Positions 1 to 14,625 are shown, numbered from the stretch's first letter. The stretch is DNA of 64,000 nt from Lama guanicoe (GCA_013239625.1 MU053557.1:193063-257062), one strand, 5' to 3'. A program made the numbers and translations. Notes: generated by a model not told the origin, from the letters alone.

Positions 1-3000
1 ACATTTTAGAAGCCATTAGAGTGGTATCTTTTAAAAAATACAAATTTTCTACCTACTTATGGCTGGCAACTAGATTTGCAATTGACTTTGGTATATTGAT
101 CTTATATCCAGTGATATTCCTAAATTCTCCTATTAACTTCAAGAATTTGCCTTAGATGTTTTTGTACTGTCTATGTAGATAATTACGTCAGTTGCAAGTA
201 CTGTTTCTTTTTTTTGCAATGCTCACACGTTTGATTTCTTTGTCTCTTCTTGCTATTGTGACTAGGATCTTCAACATGTTGTTGCACACAAGTCATGACA
301 GAGAGCATCTTGTCTTGATCCTGATTTTGATAGGAATGCTTGCAGTGTTTCTCCACTGAGTCTGATAGTGGGTCCAGATTTTTGATAAACACCATTTATC
401 AGGCTGAGATTGCTCCTTTCTGTTCCTGGTTTGCTAAGAGAGTTCATCATGTATGGTTGGTGAATTTTTTTCTGATCTATTGCAGTGATCATTTTTCCCC
501 TCCGTTTACTGGATGATGGTGGTAAACTACATTTACAGATTTTTATATATTTGAACTAAATTTGCATTTTGGGAATAAACTCAAAACCCAAGTTGTGAGT
601 TATGTTTTTTATACTTTGCTTAATTTGGTATGCTGATATATTGCTGAGGAAATTTTGGATCTATGTTCATAAATGAGATTGTAATTTTCCCTTCTTCTAT
701 TTTTTATTGTCAGTTTTTGCCAGCAAGATTTCATGAGCCTCTAAAATGACCTGGAAAGTGTCTCTCCTTCCTTCTTTTTTTCCTACTGTTTTCTGAATAG
801 TTTGCTTATGGTTGAGATGATCTGTTCCTTGAATGTGATAGAACTCACCTGTAAAACTGTCTGGATCCTATGTAATCTTCCAGGAAGTTTTGTAACTACT
901 GATTGATTTTGATTAATAGTCATAGGACCATTTAAGTTTTCGATTTTTTTCTAGGATTGGTTGGGACAAATTTCATAGTCTATTTTATAGACATTTAAAA
1001 AACTTGTTGACATATGCTGTTTATGATATTTTAAGTTTATTTTTAGCATCTTCATAGCTTTATTGCATAATTTAAATGCAATACATTCATCCATTTGAAC
1101 TATACAGTTCAGCGAGTTTTGGTACATATGCTCTGTCATGCAAACCACATTACCATATGCTCTAGAGTACTTGGATCACCTTAAAAAATTCTCATACCTT
1201 ATCGTGTTCAATCCCTACCCCAGTGCAACCATGCACCCCGTTTCTGCCCTGTAGTTTTACCTTTTCCAGAATTTACTATAAAGGGAATCCTATGGCATTT
1301 AGACTTTTGTGCACTACTTCCTTCAATTAGCATTATGTTTTTTATGTTCATCCATGTTATGTTTTTTATATTCATCCATGTTATTGTATCAGCAGTTTAT
1401 TTCTCCTTATTGTTAAGTAGTATTTCGTTGCCCAAGTATACCAAATTTTGTTAAGTCCATCCTCCAGTTGGTGGGCATCTGAGTTGTTTTCACCTTTTGG
1501 CTATTATGTGTAATGACTGCTATGAACATTGTGTACAAATCTCTGTGTGAACATATTTCATTTCTCTTACATAGATACTGAGCAGTGAAATTCATTGGTC
1601 ATATAGGAAGTATATGCTCAATTTTTTGAGAAACTGTCAAAGTGTTCTTCAAAGTAGCTGTACCATATTGTACTCCTATTAGTGATAAATGAGAGTTCCA
1701 GTTGCTCCACATACTTGTCAACACTTGGTATCATCAGATTCTTAAAAAAACAAATAAAAAATTTTGGCCATCCTAGTATATGGGTAGGCATATCTCATTG
1801 TAGTTTTGATAACCAGTGATATCGAGTATCATTACCTATTCCTGTTCATATATCTTCTCTTGCAAGTGTCCTTCAAATCATTTTCCTATTATTTACACAT
1901 ATGCCCATGTAAATTTTTTATTAGGTTGTTTGTTTTCTTACTGTTGAATTAAAAGAGTAGGTTAAATATGTTTTGGATCAAATCCTTTGTCAGACCCTGA
2001 TATCATTTTAATGTCTGTAACTGTATGTTCTCTTTTGCATTCCTAATATTGTTTAGATGTGCCTTCTTTCATTTTTACCTTGATCAAGTTTGCCAATTAT
2101 TTATTACATTGTAAATTTTATTGCCAACTCTCGGTTTTGTTGATCATTTCTATTGTATGTGTTTTATTTCATTGATTTCTACTCATATCATTACTATTTC
2201 CTCCCTTCTACTCTACCTTTCAAAATTTTCCTGACAGCCAAAGTAGATACTTAGCGAAATAATTTACAATCTTTAACATTTTCTAATCTAAGCGTTACAG
2301 TTCTCTGTAACTGCTGCTTTAGCAGTAGCAGCAAACATGTTATTGCAGTAAAACATTTTAACTCTATTCTCGACTTTTAAACTTCACAAATTAGACAGTT
2401 TCTCTTTGCTTTCAGTTATGCAGTATCCACTACATGTCTAAACACACCTTCTTTTAAATTCTTCTTTTTCCTTCTCTTCCACCCTTCTTCTAGAGCACAC
2501 TTGACATTTTTAAGTTTGAGTGTTCCATCAATTTTGGAAAATTCTTAGCCATTTTCCTCTTCAGATATTTCTGTTATGTCTGTGACCTCCTTCTGTCACT
2601 CGAATGAAATGTATATATAGATTTACCACTGTTTCCTTTGTATCTTACACGCTCTTATTTTATGTCCTTTTCTCTTTGTGCGTCTTTCTGGATATACGCT
2701 TTTGCTGTCTTCCAGTTTATTAATTGTCTCTTTAGTTATGTCTAATCTGCTTTTTAATCCCTTCCCTGAATTTCTAATTTTAATTTTTGTATTTTCATTT
2801 CTAGGAAATATATTTCATTCTTTCAATATTTGCCTAATCAATTTTGACATTTGTCTAATCAGTTTTGATTGTTTCTTATTTCTTTGCTATAGCTACAGTA
2901 CTGTTTATTTGTTTAAACATTTATTGTCCTATTTTTATGTTCTGTAGCTGACACATTGAATATAAGTGGACTTTTTGATTTGTCCGATTCCGTAGTTTGT

Positions 3001-3300
3001 TGTTTTACCATCTCTCACTAATGGTGGCTTTTCTCTCATGTGTTTATTAATTTTTGATGGCTCTCTCATGGCTTTTATTTGCAAACCTTATCTGTAAGAT
3101 GATTTTGAGGCCTGTTTTAAAAGTATATTATTTTCAAGAAGATTTGTGTTGGCAGAAGCAGGCTTCTAGAGAAACCCTGACCCCAAACCACTTTAATTTT
3201 TTTTTTTTTTGCCACAAAAGTTTTATGAATTATGGTCCCAAATCTGTGTGACTGCAGTGCTATATTCAGGAATTCTCAGAGGGCCTCTTCGTAGTTTTTT
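1..3300 (-). mobile_element. Degraded old L1 (L1M-type) fragments, ORF2 end and 3' UTR, probably nested copies
   Basis: T-rich antisense L1 motifs such as GAGAGCATCTTGTCTTG, TTCCTGGTTTGCTAAGAGAGTT, GTGGGCATCTGAGTTGTTTTCACCTTTTGGCTATT and TTTGAGAAACTGTCAAAGTGTTCTTCAAAGTAGCTGTACCAT. Boundaries approximate. Confidence 0.8.
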
Positions 3301-3612
3301 ATATGCCATCTAAGGCCTTAACACAGTTAGGCATCTATCTCTACAATCTCCATCTGCAGAATGGTTCTTTTCTTTTTTAAATTAAAGAGGTGTCAACTAT
3401 GAGTCCCGTGAGCTAGTGTCCTACTCTGCTTATATCTCAGGATTTGCCTCCATCTTCTAGATCAAAGTCCTTTTAAAATCCAGTTTCGAAGTCACCAGGA
3501 ACTGGCAGATAATCCCATGGTAAATGCCACACCAGAGCTAGCCTATCCTTCTAGACTTACATTGTTGGCCTCCAAGGAATTCCTTTCCATTGGTGCCAGC
3601 CCAACATACATT

Positions 3613-3637
3613 TGTGTGTGTGTGTGTGTGTGTGTGT
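3613..3637. repeat. (TG)12 microsatellite
   Basis: Direct read. Confidence 0.95.
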
Positions 3638-3764
3638 CCACTGCATTTAGATGTGCTGTTATGGGAAGGGGTCCTCTAAACATCCAGCCCACCTTTCACT
3701 GGAAGTGGAAGTTTTTACTTGGATGGTTTTAAAGTTGTTTGGGGTTCTTAATCCAAAGTTCCAG

Positions 3765-4316
3765 CTGATCATGCCTTACTCAAAGGCCTCCAGTGATTTT
3801 CCATCACACTTAGAATGACATCCAAAGTCTTCACTATGGCCTGTGAAGCTTGGCAAAACGACTTCGTGCTGCCCCTCCAATCTCATTTTCCCTCACTTCC
3901 TCCTCACTCACCCAAACATACTGGCTTCCTTACTGGTTGGTCCCTGTGAACATGGCCAAGGATGTTCCTTGCACAGGGCCTTTGTCCTCATTCTCCCATC
4001 GACATGGAACTCTCTCCAGACACTCACAGACCTTGATTTCTCATTCCATTCTGGTCTCTTATCTGAGTGGCACCTCTTCTGAGATGCCTGCAACTTTTGT
4101 ATCTCTAGCATCTCTCATCATTCTCTGTCCCCTTTCTGTTCTTTTTATTCACATACATGAAATAATATATCTACCTATTTGTGCATTTACTCTTGCTTTT
4201 TTGAATGTAATCACTAGGAAAGCGTGTCTGCATTGTTCACTGCTGCATTCCCAGTGCGTAGAATGGTATTGCACACAAACAGGTACTCAGATATTTGCTG
4301 AATAAACAGATGAATA
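3765..4316 (+). mobile_element. L2 LINE 3' portion
   Basis: L2 hallmark CTCCAGTGATTTTCCATCACACTTAGAATGACATCCAAAG, ending in GGTACTCAGATATTTGCTGAATAAACAGATGAAT. Confidence 0.8.
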
Positions 4317-7300
4317 TCGTTGTCAATTTAATTTAAAAAATTGAGCCATTTCCTTTTAGTAATGGAGCTATATTCTGGTATATGTGGCCTTGAAACGAAC
4401 ACTAAAAGAATATCATGTAGCACATGGAATAATTTGTTTTTATTAGCAGGTCAGTTTGGTTTTTGCAAAATGCACAATTTCCAAGCAGCTGCTTAAAAAT
4501 GAGGTGATTTATTTCCAAGCTGTTTCCTGCAAGTACATGTGATAGTGTTAAATATTTATTAAGTGCCAGGGTGCTAAATTAGGTGCTGGTAAAGAGTGAC
4601 CACATTTCAGTCCAGCTAGTGTGGGTCTGGAGAACACAAGGAAGAGAGTTGTGGAGTTGGCTTGGCCCCCTTCCTCAGAGCCCTCAGGATTCACTCCCCA
4701 GATGGGAGAGGCAGTTTCAGAGAAAGTGGAATTATTGTGCATTGAATGTTACAGTGGCCCCAAGTGTTATTCCCCAATTCAGTTTTCCTTGTTGCAAAAG
4801 TAAATTAGACAGGAAGGTAGATTGAGACATTCTTCTGGGCCACCCTGTTGTTCTTGGAATGACTAGGTGCTTCTAAGTATTATGAAACTTAAGAACATCA
4901 TGGCATAGGCTTGAAAGTGGGAATTCTACCTGAATCTGCTCAATAATGAGCTGTTAAAGTACATTCCTGAAACTGTGCTGTAACAGTTGCTTTCCTGGTT
5001 CCTTTAAATCCTCCGAGTCCTGACTTACCATGGACCCTAGTTGCTTGTAGCTGCAGGTCATCCTCCCAGGCTACAGTGACATGATCTGGACTCTTGATAC
5101 TATTGCACAACTTCCACAAATCCCCAGTTACCTGCTGATCTTACCATTTCCTTAAACACACACTGAGCCTTTATAAAACTGGGATTGAGCCTAGTGTTAT
5201 GCTCCCTTCTTTCCTGCGAGTCCAGCTTCATTACCTGCCCACCTTAGCCACTGTGAGTCCCAGCGGTCCACCAAGGCTGAAATGAAATGAATGGAAGGAA
5301 GAGGCTGTTCATATGCGGTAACAACCCACAATGTTGACCCACATTCAGCTCAAGATGGTGCAGTGGAGCCCCCGTTGGCTCAGAGGTGGGCTGTGCGGAA
5401 CAGTGAAATTTAATGGCTGAAGTAGAGGGAGTACTGTTTCCATTCTGGCTTGAGTTTAAAAGTATACATTAAGTATATACTATAATGGATCATTTTACCT
5501 TTCTACTTAGGAAAATGTTTCAGAGACATTATTATAAAGAATTGCTCCTACACAGAGTGGCTTTAAGCGGAGAATGCATATCACAGCTGGAGTTTTTAAC
5601 ACGACTGACTTAGCTGTGGTCACACACAAATGAGTACTGTGGGTTTTTTATAGTTTGTATGTAAGACAGTCTGCAGCGTAGCCTGCCCTTTTAGGATATC
5701 CACCCACACAGGATATTTATATAATATATACACATATGTAAACATATATTACAGAGATGTATACATTTTGCAGGAATTCAATTTAACTTAGTAAAAATTT
5801 ACCGAGCACTCACTGTGTGCCAGACAATTTTCTGGAATACAAAGATGAGTCAGGAATAGATCTTGTCCTCAGAGAGTTCACTGTGGTTAAATAACATACA
5901 TACTTATTCCTTCACTCCTTCTTGGCAAAGGTGGGTATAGTTCCCAAGACCCAGGGAGGGTTAAACCATTCATTTATTGTTTTAGCAACAACATTGCTTC
6001 CAAAGGTGCTGTTCGGCTTGGGTGGGGTGGTAAATTACAGTCTGGCTTTTTCTTATCTTATTTTCTTAATAAGTTTTCAGCTAAAACATAGCCAAACCCT
6101 GTAACTAATTTAAATAATTAAATTATTGCTTAAGGTTTCTTCTCTTTTGGCAAATAACAGGGAAAAGCTTTGATTGTGTAAAGCGAAAGATCACTGAGGG
6201 TTGAAGGTTTGAACTAGACTCAACCCAGCTTGGTTCCACTTATCCAATGTTAAGGAAAGTTAAAAAAAAAGGAGAAGGGGACAGGAGGAGGGAAAACAAA
6301 ACATGGAGGAGAAACAGTAATATATCAATGAACTGATGACACTTTTCACATCCTAGAGATGGTCTTTCAAAGCAGAACATGAACTTCAGAACACATTTGG
6401 TACAAGCTAATCTCTCTTATCTCTTTCTTTGTATAATGAACTTTCATTCACTCAGTAGACAGTGAGTGCTGACTAAGTTAGGCACTTTGCTAGGCACCCA
6501 GGACATGGAAATAAACCAATTACAGTCCCTGTCTTCAAGGAATATATAATTTAATAGGGGGAACTAATTCTATCAACAAAATGTACTAAGCGAGGAAGAA
6601 GAAAGGGAAAGAGAGAGACGGAGATAGAGACAAAAAGAGAGACACTTTTTAAAATTTGAAAATGTCCACATACAAGGGTGGTGATGACAGGTTAGAACTT
6701 TTCATTTCGGTATGGACACTAGGACTTTTTAAAAAAAACCTTGCTCATGGCAATTCATATTAGTCATCTACTCCATTTGGCAAAACAGAGTACATGTCAT
6801 AGACCTGGATTATGGCCCAAGCTCTTCCAGCTTATAGCTGAGTGGCCTTGGGCTAGGCACATCACTTCTCTGAGCATATAGCCTCACTTGACAAAAATGG
6901 AGTCAGCTTTGTATGGGGGGATGTTGGCAGGAGAAAGCACTTTGCAAATGAGAAGTTTGGTATACTAGCTAAGTTCACTTGTAAAGTTTTGCACATATAT
7001 ACACATGCACATTTTACTGCTTCTACAGTTTCCATCAGATTCTTAGAGGGGTCCATGGCTGCAAAAGAGATTAAGAACTGCTGGCTTAGATCGAGTCATT
7101 TTGTGGGGTGTAGAGTTTACCTTATTTATCTTTGTTTTCCAATACCGATGTCACAGTGCCCTGTCCATGGTAGGGGCTTCTGAATTCGTTATAATAATAA
7201 ATATTAAATGGCTATGTGTTATGATGGCAGATATTAACATTCATAATGAGCCTGGCTTTATCTGAGGGATGAAGTATCGAATTTCGATGAAGCCAGTCAT

Positions 7301-9574
7301 TGACCGTCAAGTAGGAAGAGTTGCCAGATTTAGAAGGCCTGGCAATGGCCCAGTTTTAAGCAACTGTTTTTAGAAGGTTATCATTTCTTTGTTTGTGTTC
7401 TCAACCAGCTTGGGGATGCTCCATCTCTCCTCTTTGTTGAACTGGCAGATGGTTTTGTTTGTTTGATTGTGTCAAGGTTGAAGGCTGCTCAGTCACGTAG
7501 GCTTCCGAAAGACTCTCCTTCGAACACATGGGAAGGATCTGGGGAGCATGTGCTCCCTCCTCGAGAAACCACAGCCTGAAAGCAGAGGCAGCTCCAGGGA
7601 GGAGATGCGAACCTTGCAGTAATTTGCTGATGTCTGCTCTGATGAGATGTTTCTTACAAAAATGCAAATATGCTAATACAAAAATTCTCCTGGATACAGT
7701 TACCGGAGACTGTAAAGTTTAGATATATACCTCCTATGGAAGAAGAACCAAAACAAGTGAGAGGCGTAGCCCATCAAACTGTATCTCAGGTAGAGATAAA
7801 AGGACAAGGGTGTCCATGGCATCATTACTGCAATATCAAAAAACTGGATAACAACCTAAATTTCTACCAACAGGAGGCTAGCGAAAATAATTATCCTATA
7901 CCCTAACAATAAAATACTACTTAAGCTTTCAACAGCATGACGTACTTGCAATGCATTGAAGTGGCACTATAACTAAGATACATTTTTTAAAAGTGAAAAG
8001 TTTACAGCTTTTAAAAAAATATTCTATTCTGAAATATTTATGGACTCAAGAGAAGGTGTAAAAATAGAGCACTAAATCTTGTGTACCCTTCATCCAACTT
8101 CCCCCAGTGGAACATTGAAAATAGGTTTTAAAGACAAAGTAGGCTGCAGAATGGTACGTATGATAGGTTTCTATTCGCGTAAAAATCAAGGAAATGTATC
8201 GAATTGTTAGCACTGGGTATCTCTGGGGAGTGAGACATGATACACAGCAGGAGGAGAAAATGAAAAACTTTTACTTTTTAAATGATAAATATCTGTACTA
8301 TTTAATGTAGATATCCATATTATATATCTATATGGATGTCTATATATTTATACATGGATATATAGCTCAATAAGCATATCTTACTTTTATTTTTTAAAAA
8401 AACACCCCAAATGATCAATTTAGGAGAATGATTTCTATGATGCAAATCTATGCAAATTAATTCAAGCTTTAAAAACTTAGTTATTTTAAGTGTGACAAAT
8501 TTTAAACGGAAATGGAAGCTACAATTCAAAGTTACATTGTGGGCATTTGATATCTCTTGCCTTTGAACTAATCACCACAGTCCTTCTAGAATATATCCTG
8601 GAAGAGGGCATTTTTCGTGAAACACAAAGCCCATTTCCCATGATTCCATGGGTGTTGGACCCTTCAGGCATGACTAGACTACAGACTTGGAAGCCAAAGT
8701 ATAAGGGAATTCTAAAAGGTCTTGGTTTCTATTTTTAAATGTAATTTTTACCAGCAGAATTATACTATGCCCATTTCTCCCTCAGCCAGCTTTTGGGTAG
8801 GCATGAACCGTGAGTAGCTAGAATTCAAACCTGGCCGTGGTATGCAATCTTGACTATTTTAAGCTCTCTGATTCCCCACGTGCTTTTTCTCAACCTTTCT
8901 CCATTCTCCAACTATTTGAATTATCTGGTACACAATCAAAAATGCATTCCCAGCTGCAATGTGCCAGTCAGCAGGGGGTGATGGGGCCTTCCCATGTCAT
9001 TCTCCTTAAGCTTGGGTGTACGCATTTAGACTCTGCATCCTATCTCTCTGGAGCTGTCCCAAATTCCACAGGCTGCTCCACGGTGGGGAGGAGGAGAGGG
9101 AAGGGAACAACAAAGTGAAGCGACTGCTGCTGACTGGCCAGGGTGTGCAACATTACAATTGGTCGCTGCTAATGTTTTTAAATGTTTGTTTATTGAGTAA
9201 TTTATCTCTGGCACATTAGGAGGTTGTTAATGGTATTAGAGAGGAGTAATTGCTGTTTCTGTGATTAAGCGGAAATGAACACAGATGCAAAGTTAACAAG
9301 GCATGGTATTTATACAATATTTGTAAGTCGTATAAATAGATTTTTCTTCCTTGAATGCTAACTAGAGGCACATGAATCATTCATGGTGTTTATGTGACTG
9401 AGTGAATGCTGATTCTGTAAGCAGAATTTGCAAAGAATTTGATTCATAAGAAGAGTACTGTCATTTCTACTTTGTTTATCAGACTAGCCGGTATTAAAGA
9501 GAACCAAATTTTATTCTGCAAGTCACATTAGCAATATTCTCATTCCCTGAAAGACACACACACACACTCAGGTG

Positions 9575-10205
9575 TATCCATCCATCCATCCATCCATCCC
9601 TCCATCCAATATTAACTGCAAGCCAACAATGTGCCAGGCTCTGTGTATGAGGCAGAGGATCCAGTGGTGAGCAAAAGCAGATCCAGTTTCTATTCACACA
9701 GGGCTTACAAAATCTAGGGTGGAGACCGCCAATGATGAAGAATTACCCAAATCGTTACAAAATGGCCAACTGAGTCATGTACTCTAAAGGAAAAGACTAA
9801 GTTCTACAGCAACATTTAAGAGAAGAACCTAATCTAACATGGGAGGGTCACAGTAGGCTTCCCTACAGAAGTGGTGCTGGAATTAAGATATGAAGGATGG
9901 CGGAGAGTTAACTGGGTAGAAGATGTTTTGTGATTGATGAGGGTATGCGATTTGTGAGTATATGTGTGTGGGTGCGCACGTGTATGTGGTGTGACTTGTC
10001 CAGCAATGCTCTATGTCCAAAGGCTCTGGGATGGGAGGGAAAATGATGGTGTTCAGGAATTGAAAAAAATGGCAGGAGGCTGGACCACAGAGAAACTGGG
10101 TCAAGTGAGCGTAAAACGAGAAAAAAGCAGGGCTCAGACCATGCACAGCACTGTAAGCTGTAGCAAGAAACAGTGCAAAGGGAAAACTTTGAGGAGTTCT
10201 AAGCA
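9575..10205 (-). mobile_element. L2 LINE fragment
   Basis: (ATCC)n tail, then CAATGTGCCAGGCTCTGTG...GAAGTGGTGCTGGAATTAAGATATGAAGGATG, a typical antisense L2. Confidence 0.7.
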
Positions 10206-10231
10206 TGATAAAAATAAATGCTTCCCCTCCC

Positions 10232-10451
10232 AAACTCGTAGTTAACAGATACACATTATTATATATAAAACAGATAAACAACAATGACCTACTGTATAGC
10301 CCAGAGAATTATATTCAGTTTCTTGTAATGAGCTATAATGGAAAAGAAGCTGAAAACATATGTATGTATCTGTATAACTGAATCGCTTTGCTGTACACCT
10401 GAAACTAACATTGTAAATCAACTACACTTATATAAAAAATAAAATAAAATA
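10232..10451 (+). mobile_element. 5'-truncated cetartiodactyl-type L1 3' end with TSD
   Basis: ACAGATAAACAACAATGACCTACTGTATAGC...GCTGTACACCTGAAACTAACATTGTAAATCAACTACACT plus an A-rich tail. TSD AAATGCTTCCCCTCCC (10216-10231) / AAATACTTCCCTTCCC (10452-10467). Confidence 0.9.
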
Positions 10452-10676
10452 AAATACTTCCCTTCCCTCATCCCCAATACACACTACACACAAGAGAAAC
10501 AAAAAGAAAATATATGTCCAAAAGCCGCTGGGGACTGTGTTATATTTTAGACTCCTGTCCCTTAAAATTGTCTCATATTCTTATTCAGGGTTCTGGGCAC
10601 AACCATGGCAGAACAATTTCCAAAGAGTTTTTTTTTTAATAAACATTCATTTATTTTTGTGCTCTGTCCATCACAG

Positions 10677-10763
10677 AGCTCCTTTATGCAACAAGGACAC
10701 GTGAACGTACATGACTACCCTACGGACATCGAGATGGTACAGAATTCCCAGCTGGACCCATAA
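10677..10763 (+). CDS. Candidate terminal coding exon of an unidentified gene (SSFMQQGHVNVHDYPTDIEMVQNSQLDP*)
   Basis: Pyrimidine-rich acceptor TTATTTTTGTGCTCTGTCCATCACAG, 28 open codons then TAA, non-repetitive downstream sequence, AATAAA at 11296-11301. Peptide not recognised; could be a pseudo-exon. Confidence 0.2.
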   Translation, partial: SSFMQQGHVNVHDYPTDIEMVQNSQLDP

Positions 10764-11944
10764 GGCTATCCTAGTTGAGTGCCTGGTTTGGGTTTTTGTT
10801 GTGCTTGTAGAGCCAGTGGAATCTCACACTTACGGAGATGAATGGGAAAAGCAACACAAATGGGATGTGTTGCCAAGTGAGTCAGAACCATGGCAATGAG
10901 TGTGGACATTTCTGAGACCCCAGAACAACATCTTTGGTGTCAGAGAGCCCCTTGTATGCCTACTCTATTATTTTACTCCCAAAGAGTTTTGATAATGAAG
11001 TCGTGTTTTATGCGGCTGCCACCTTGCAGAAGATACTACAGTCTCTCAACTGTTTTCACAAGAATTGTCCACCCTGTAGAGTGGCACCCATCCAAGAAAA
11101 GTCAACATGCTACAGTCAAGGAAGGAAGCCTGAAGTGGTAGAGACCACATTCTATTTCCTTTTTCATCCTAGCTTTATGACTTGGAAATACGGACAGAGA
11201 TATGCATCCATCATCCGCCATGGCAGGGGTTCAACAGCCCACTGGGTGCACAAGGGCTCGTCTTGGATATGGGCAAGGACCTCCTGAGACTTGTGAATAA
11301 ACCCTCTTTAAGCTCTTCTAGCACATTCACGTCAAAGACAGAGACATGGCAACAAAACCCAACCCATTAGTGAGCAAGCTCAGGAGGGCCGTCTAGCCAG
11401 CCAATTCTGAACGGGAGGTTGAGGGGAAGGAACATCACTGCTTCACAGACATGTATGAAAATAATCTCCTCTACTGCAAGCTTTGAAAGCAAGATAATAA
11501 AATAACAGCAGGTCTTGGAGGATGGTAAGATGAGAGGAATTTTATTTGTCATCTGTAAAACAGTAGCGTCTGCCTTCAGCAACCGATCTCAAGGGAATCA
11601 CTTTCAGCGTTCAGAGTGGAAGAACACTTCACTTGGAAATTGCTCTTTATAAATGTTAATCAGATGATCCATAAAAGTCTATAAGACATGAAAGCTATTT
11701 CAACCCAAGTAGGCAAACCAATCGATAGTTGTAAATATCTGTGTATCTAGTTCTATGCTAGGAACAATGGTGTGTGTGTGGGCACCTGCGTGTGTGCCTG
11801 TGTGCATGTGTGTGTGTGTGTGCGTGCACGCGTGTGTCTTGGGAGTGGAGAGTGGGTGCATTTATTCCGGTACAGGAAAAGACTTTTTCTTCCTGACCAT
11901 TATTATTTTTTTTTTTTGAGAGAATGGATGAAACTGACTGCCGT

Positions 11945-11972
11945 GGTGTCATGGAAACCTAGCCATGGAAAC
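11945..11972. promoter_or_regulatory. Tandem RFX X-box-like motifs
   Basis: GGTGTCATGGAAAC immediately followed by CTAGCCATGGAAAC; both carry the right half of the GTTNCCATGGNAAC consensus. Confidence 0.35.
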
Positions 11973-12889
11973 CTTATAGAAATATCAGGAGATTAAGAGG
12001 GTGGGGTGGGTGCTGAAGAAAGCATCACAGAGACTGCTACCAACTGATTCCTGTAGATACTTCGCAAATAACCACTCTTATCTCCCTAATTTTGAGGGAG
12101 AGAATCTCACTATTTAGAAAAATCACGCTTGTCGATCTGCAGCTTTTCTCTACAGTTAATAAACAACTCGGAAAACAGTCACTCATTCATCTTGAATTGA
12201 GCTGAACTGAATAGGATGTCTGGGTTGGAGGGCTGAGAAAATGAATCTCACCTTCTCAGGCAGTGCCGTCCCCCAGCTTCCGTATCAAGTGCATCAGCAA
12301 GTCCTACTCATTTTATGTCATCAGTATGCCTTGAACCCACTTCTCTTCACTCAGACTACAACCATGATCACCCTCCCCACCCTCAGTCTCATTCTATTCT
12401 ATGCTTTCATGGCCCTCTACGCCTTCTCTCACAGCGCCTACCGCCCTTTATGTTCCTTGTGTGATATGTCATTCTTTCACTTGTCCTTGTATTCATTCAT
12501 TCATTCATTTATTCACTCAACACACATTTACTGGGAGCCTACTCTGGGCCACATACTGTTCCAGCCACTAGTGACAGAGGAGTGAAAATATAGACAAGGT
12601 CCTTATTCCCACAGAGCTGACACTTGAATGGGCGCAGACAGTTATCAGTTTATCAATAGCAAACAAGAATAGCGTGTACTGTCCAGTGGGGAAGACAGAC
12701 ACTCAGTCCGTTATTCCCTCAGCTCCCAGAATGAGCTGTAAACACAGATCAGCTCAGGTCCATCCTCTGCCCAAAATCTTTCAACGGTTTCCCATTGTAC
12801 TTGGAATAAAATACAACCGCCCAACACAACCGAACCATGCGGAGCCATGTCAAAATACATCATTAGGTAACCAAACAGGGTTTCAGGTC

Positions 12890-13270
12890 TACTGAACTAA
12901 GTCAGACAGAGAAAGACAAATATCGTTAACAATACTCCTTGTATGTGGAATCTAAAAAAATGACACAAATGAACGTGTTTACAAAATAGAAATAGACTCA
13001 CAGACATAGAAAACAAACTTACGGTCACCAAAGGGAAAAGGGGTTGGGGAGGGATAAATCAGGAGTCTGGCATTAGCAGATACACACCACTATACATAAA
13101 ATAGATAAACAAGGTCCCACTGTGTAGCACGGGGAATATTTTGTAGTAGCCTATAATGGAAAAGAATCTGAAAAGGAATATATGTAATACACGTAACTGA
13201 ATCACGATGCTGAATCCCAGAAACTAGCAGACCATTGCAAAACAACTACACTTCGATTACAAAAACAAAC
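12890..13270 (+). mobile_element. Cetartiodactyl-type L1 3' UTR fragment
   Basis: AAGTCAGACAGAGAAAGACAAATATC...TGTGGAATCTAAAAAAATGACACAAATGAAC...AGACTCACAGACATAGAAAACAAACTTA, with an A-rich end. Confidence 0.9.
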
Positions 13271-14397
13271 GAATTCGTGAAGGATTGGGTGTCCTCCACA
13301 AACCCCTTCATTTTCAACATCCATGTGGATGAACTGGCGATGCATTTTATTCTGTTCCAACATTTTTCTCATCGATTTTTCAAAGATTGATCTTTTCTGA
13401 TTATCAGATCATCTCCCGGAAAAGTGCTCTAGGATGAGTTATTTAACCCTTCCATTGTTCAGTTTCCTCATCTATAAAGTTGGGGTGGTTACATCCTACT
13501 GTATACATTTGCTTGGAAGGTTAAATGACCTAAAGGGCAAAAATACTGGCCACAACATGAATGTTGAGTAATTATGTGCTCTTTCCTCTGAGCAAATGAA
13601 ACACACGCATCCTTTATTGCGGTAAATAAACTTACTGACATCGGAATAAGAAAATGTCACTGAGAGAAGAATAACTGTTTGGTGACTGTTGATTTCACAG
13701 CAGGGGAATGGTTAGGGCAAGAAGGCATCTGCAGCCTAGGTCAGTGGTAACTTGTCATAGTGACTGAGTTGACACCAAGCCTTCCTCCGAAGCAGGTATT
13801 TTTGTAGAGTTAACCTTCTCTGGGCTGGTGATTATGCAACATGTTTGTCCCCAGGGCACACGTTGTTCTCACACGGCTGGCGTGGCCACTCAAAATCCTG
13901 CCTACTTTAGAATCTTCCTATTTGCAAACACCAGGCAATGTCACCCAAAAGGCTGCTAGGCTGAGCAGAGGAGCTGAAAGAATTCTGAGGTCAAGATGCA
14001 TCTCCTTCCGGTACGGTACTTTCTGGGGAAAGATGTCTTTTTCTGTCAGACCTCAACCCGAACGCGGGCTCCTGCCCTTCAGTCGCCACCTCCACGGCTA
14101 CACTCCTAGAAACTGGCTCTTTCAATGCTTTTATAACCTCACCAATCTTTTCTCATCACACTAGTAAAATAGAATCAGAGAGAGACAGGAGGTGGGGAGA
14201 GGGGGGAGAAGGGGCAGACAGGAGAAGAAGGGAGAGAGACAGAATGAATGAAAATGAATGAGAATACAGAATATATGGCAAGACTGAAATACAGATCACC
14301 AGTCATTCTACCCTTGCCTTCCCTCCAAACAATACAATTTTGATATTTGGTTATGGATGTCAACATTTTTTCCCTACTCATCTGCATAGATATATTA

Positions 14398-14625
14398 AGT
14401 TGGTAAGAGCATGGACTGTGGAGTAAGATTGCCTGGCTTAGATCCCAGCTGTGTCACTTAAGAGCTAAGAGACCTAAAGGAGATTATTTTTCATTCTTCT
14501 GTCTCCGTTTCCTCATCTACAATGTTGAAGTTTCTCCTTGGAGTACAGTGAGGAGTAATTAAATGATAATGTGTGAAGTGGTTAGAACAGTACATTGGCA
14601 CACAGTAGGTACTCAATAAATGCCA
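14398..14625 (+). mobile_element. MIR SINE
   Basis: GGTAAGAGCATGGACTGTGGAG...CTCCGTTTCCTCATCT...TGGCACACAGTAGGTACTCAATAAATG. Confidence 0.85.

Noticed and set aside
1333..1383. 24-bp tandem duplication (similar small ones near 37009-37038 and 61065-61098)
   Set aside because: Ordinary slippage duplications with no sign of function.
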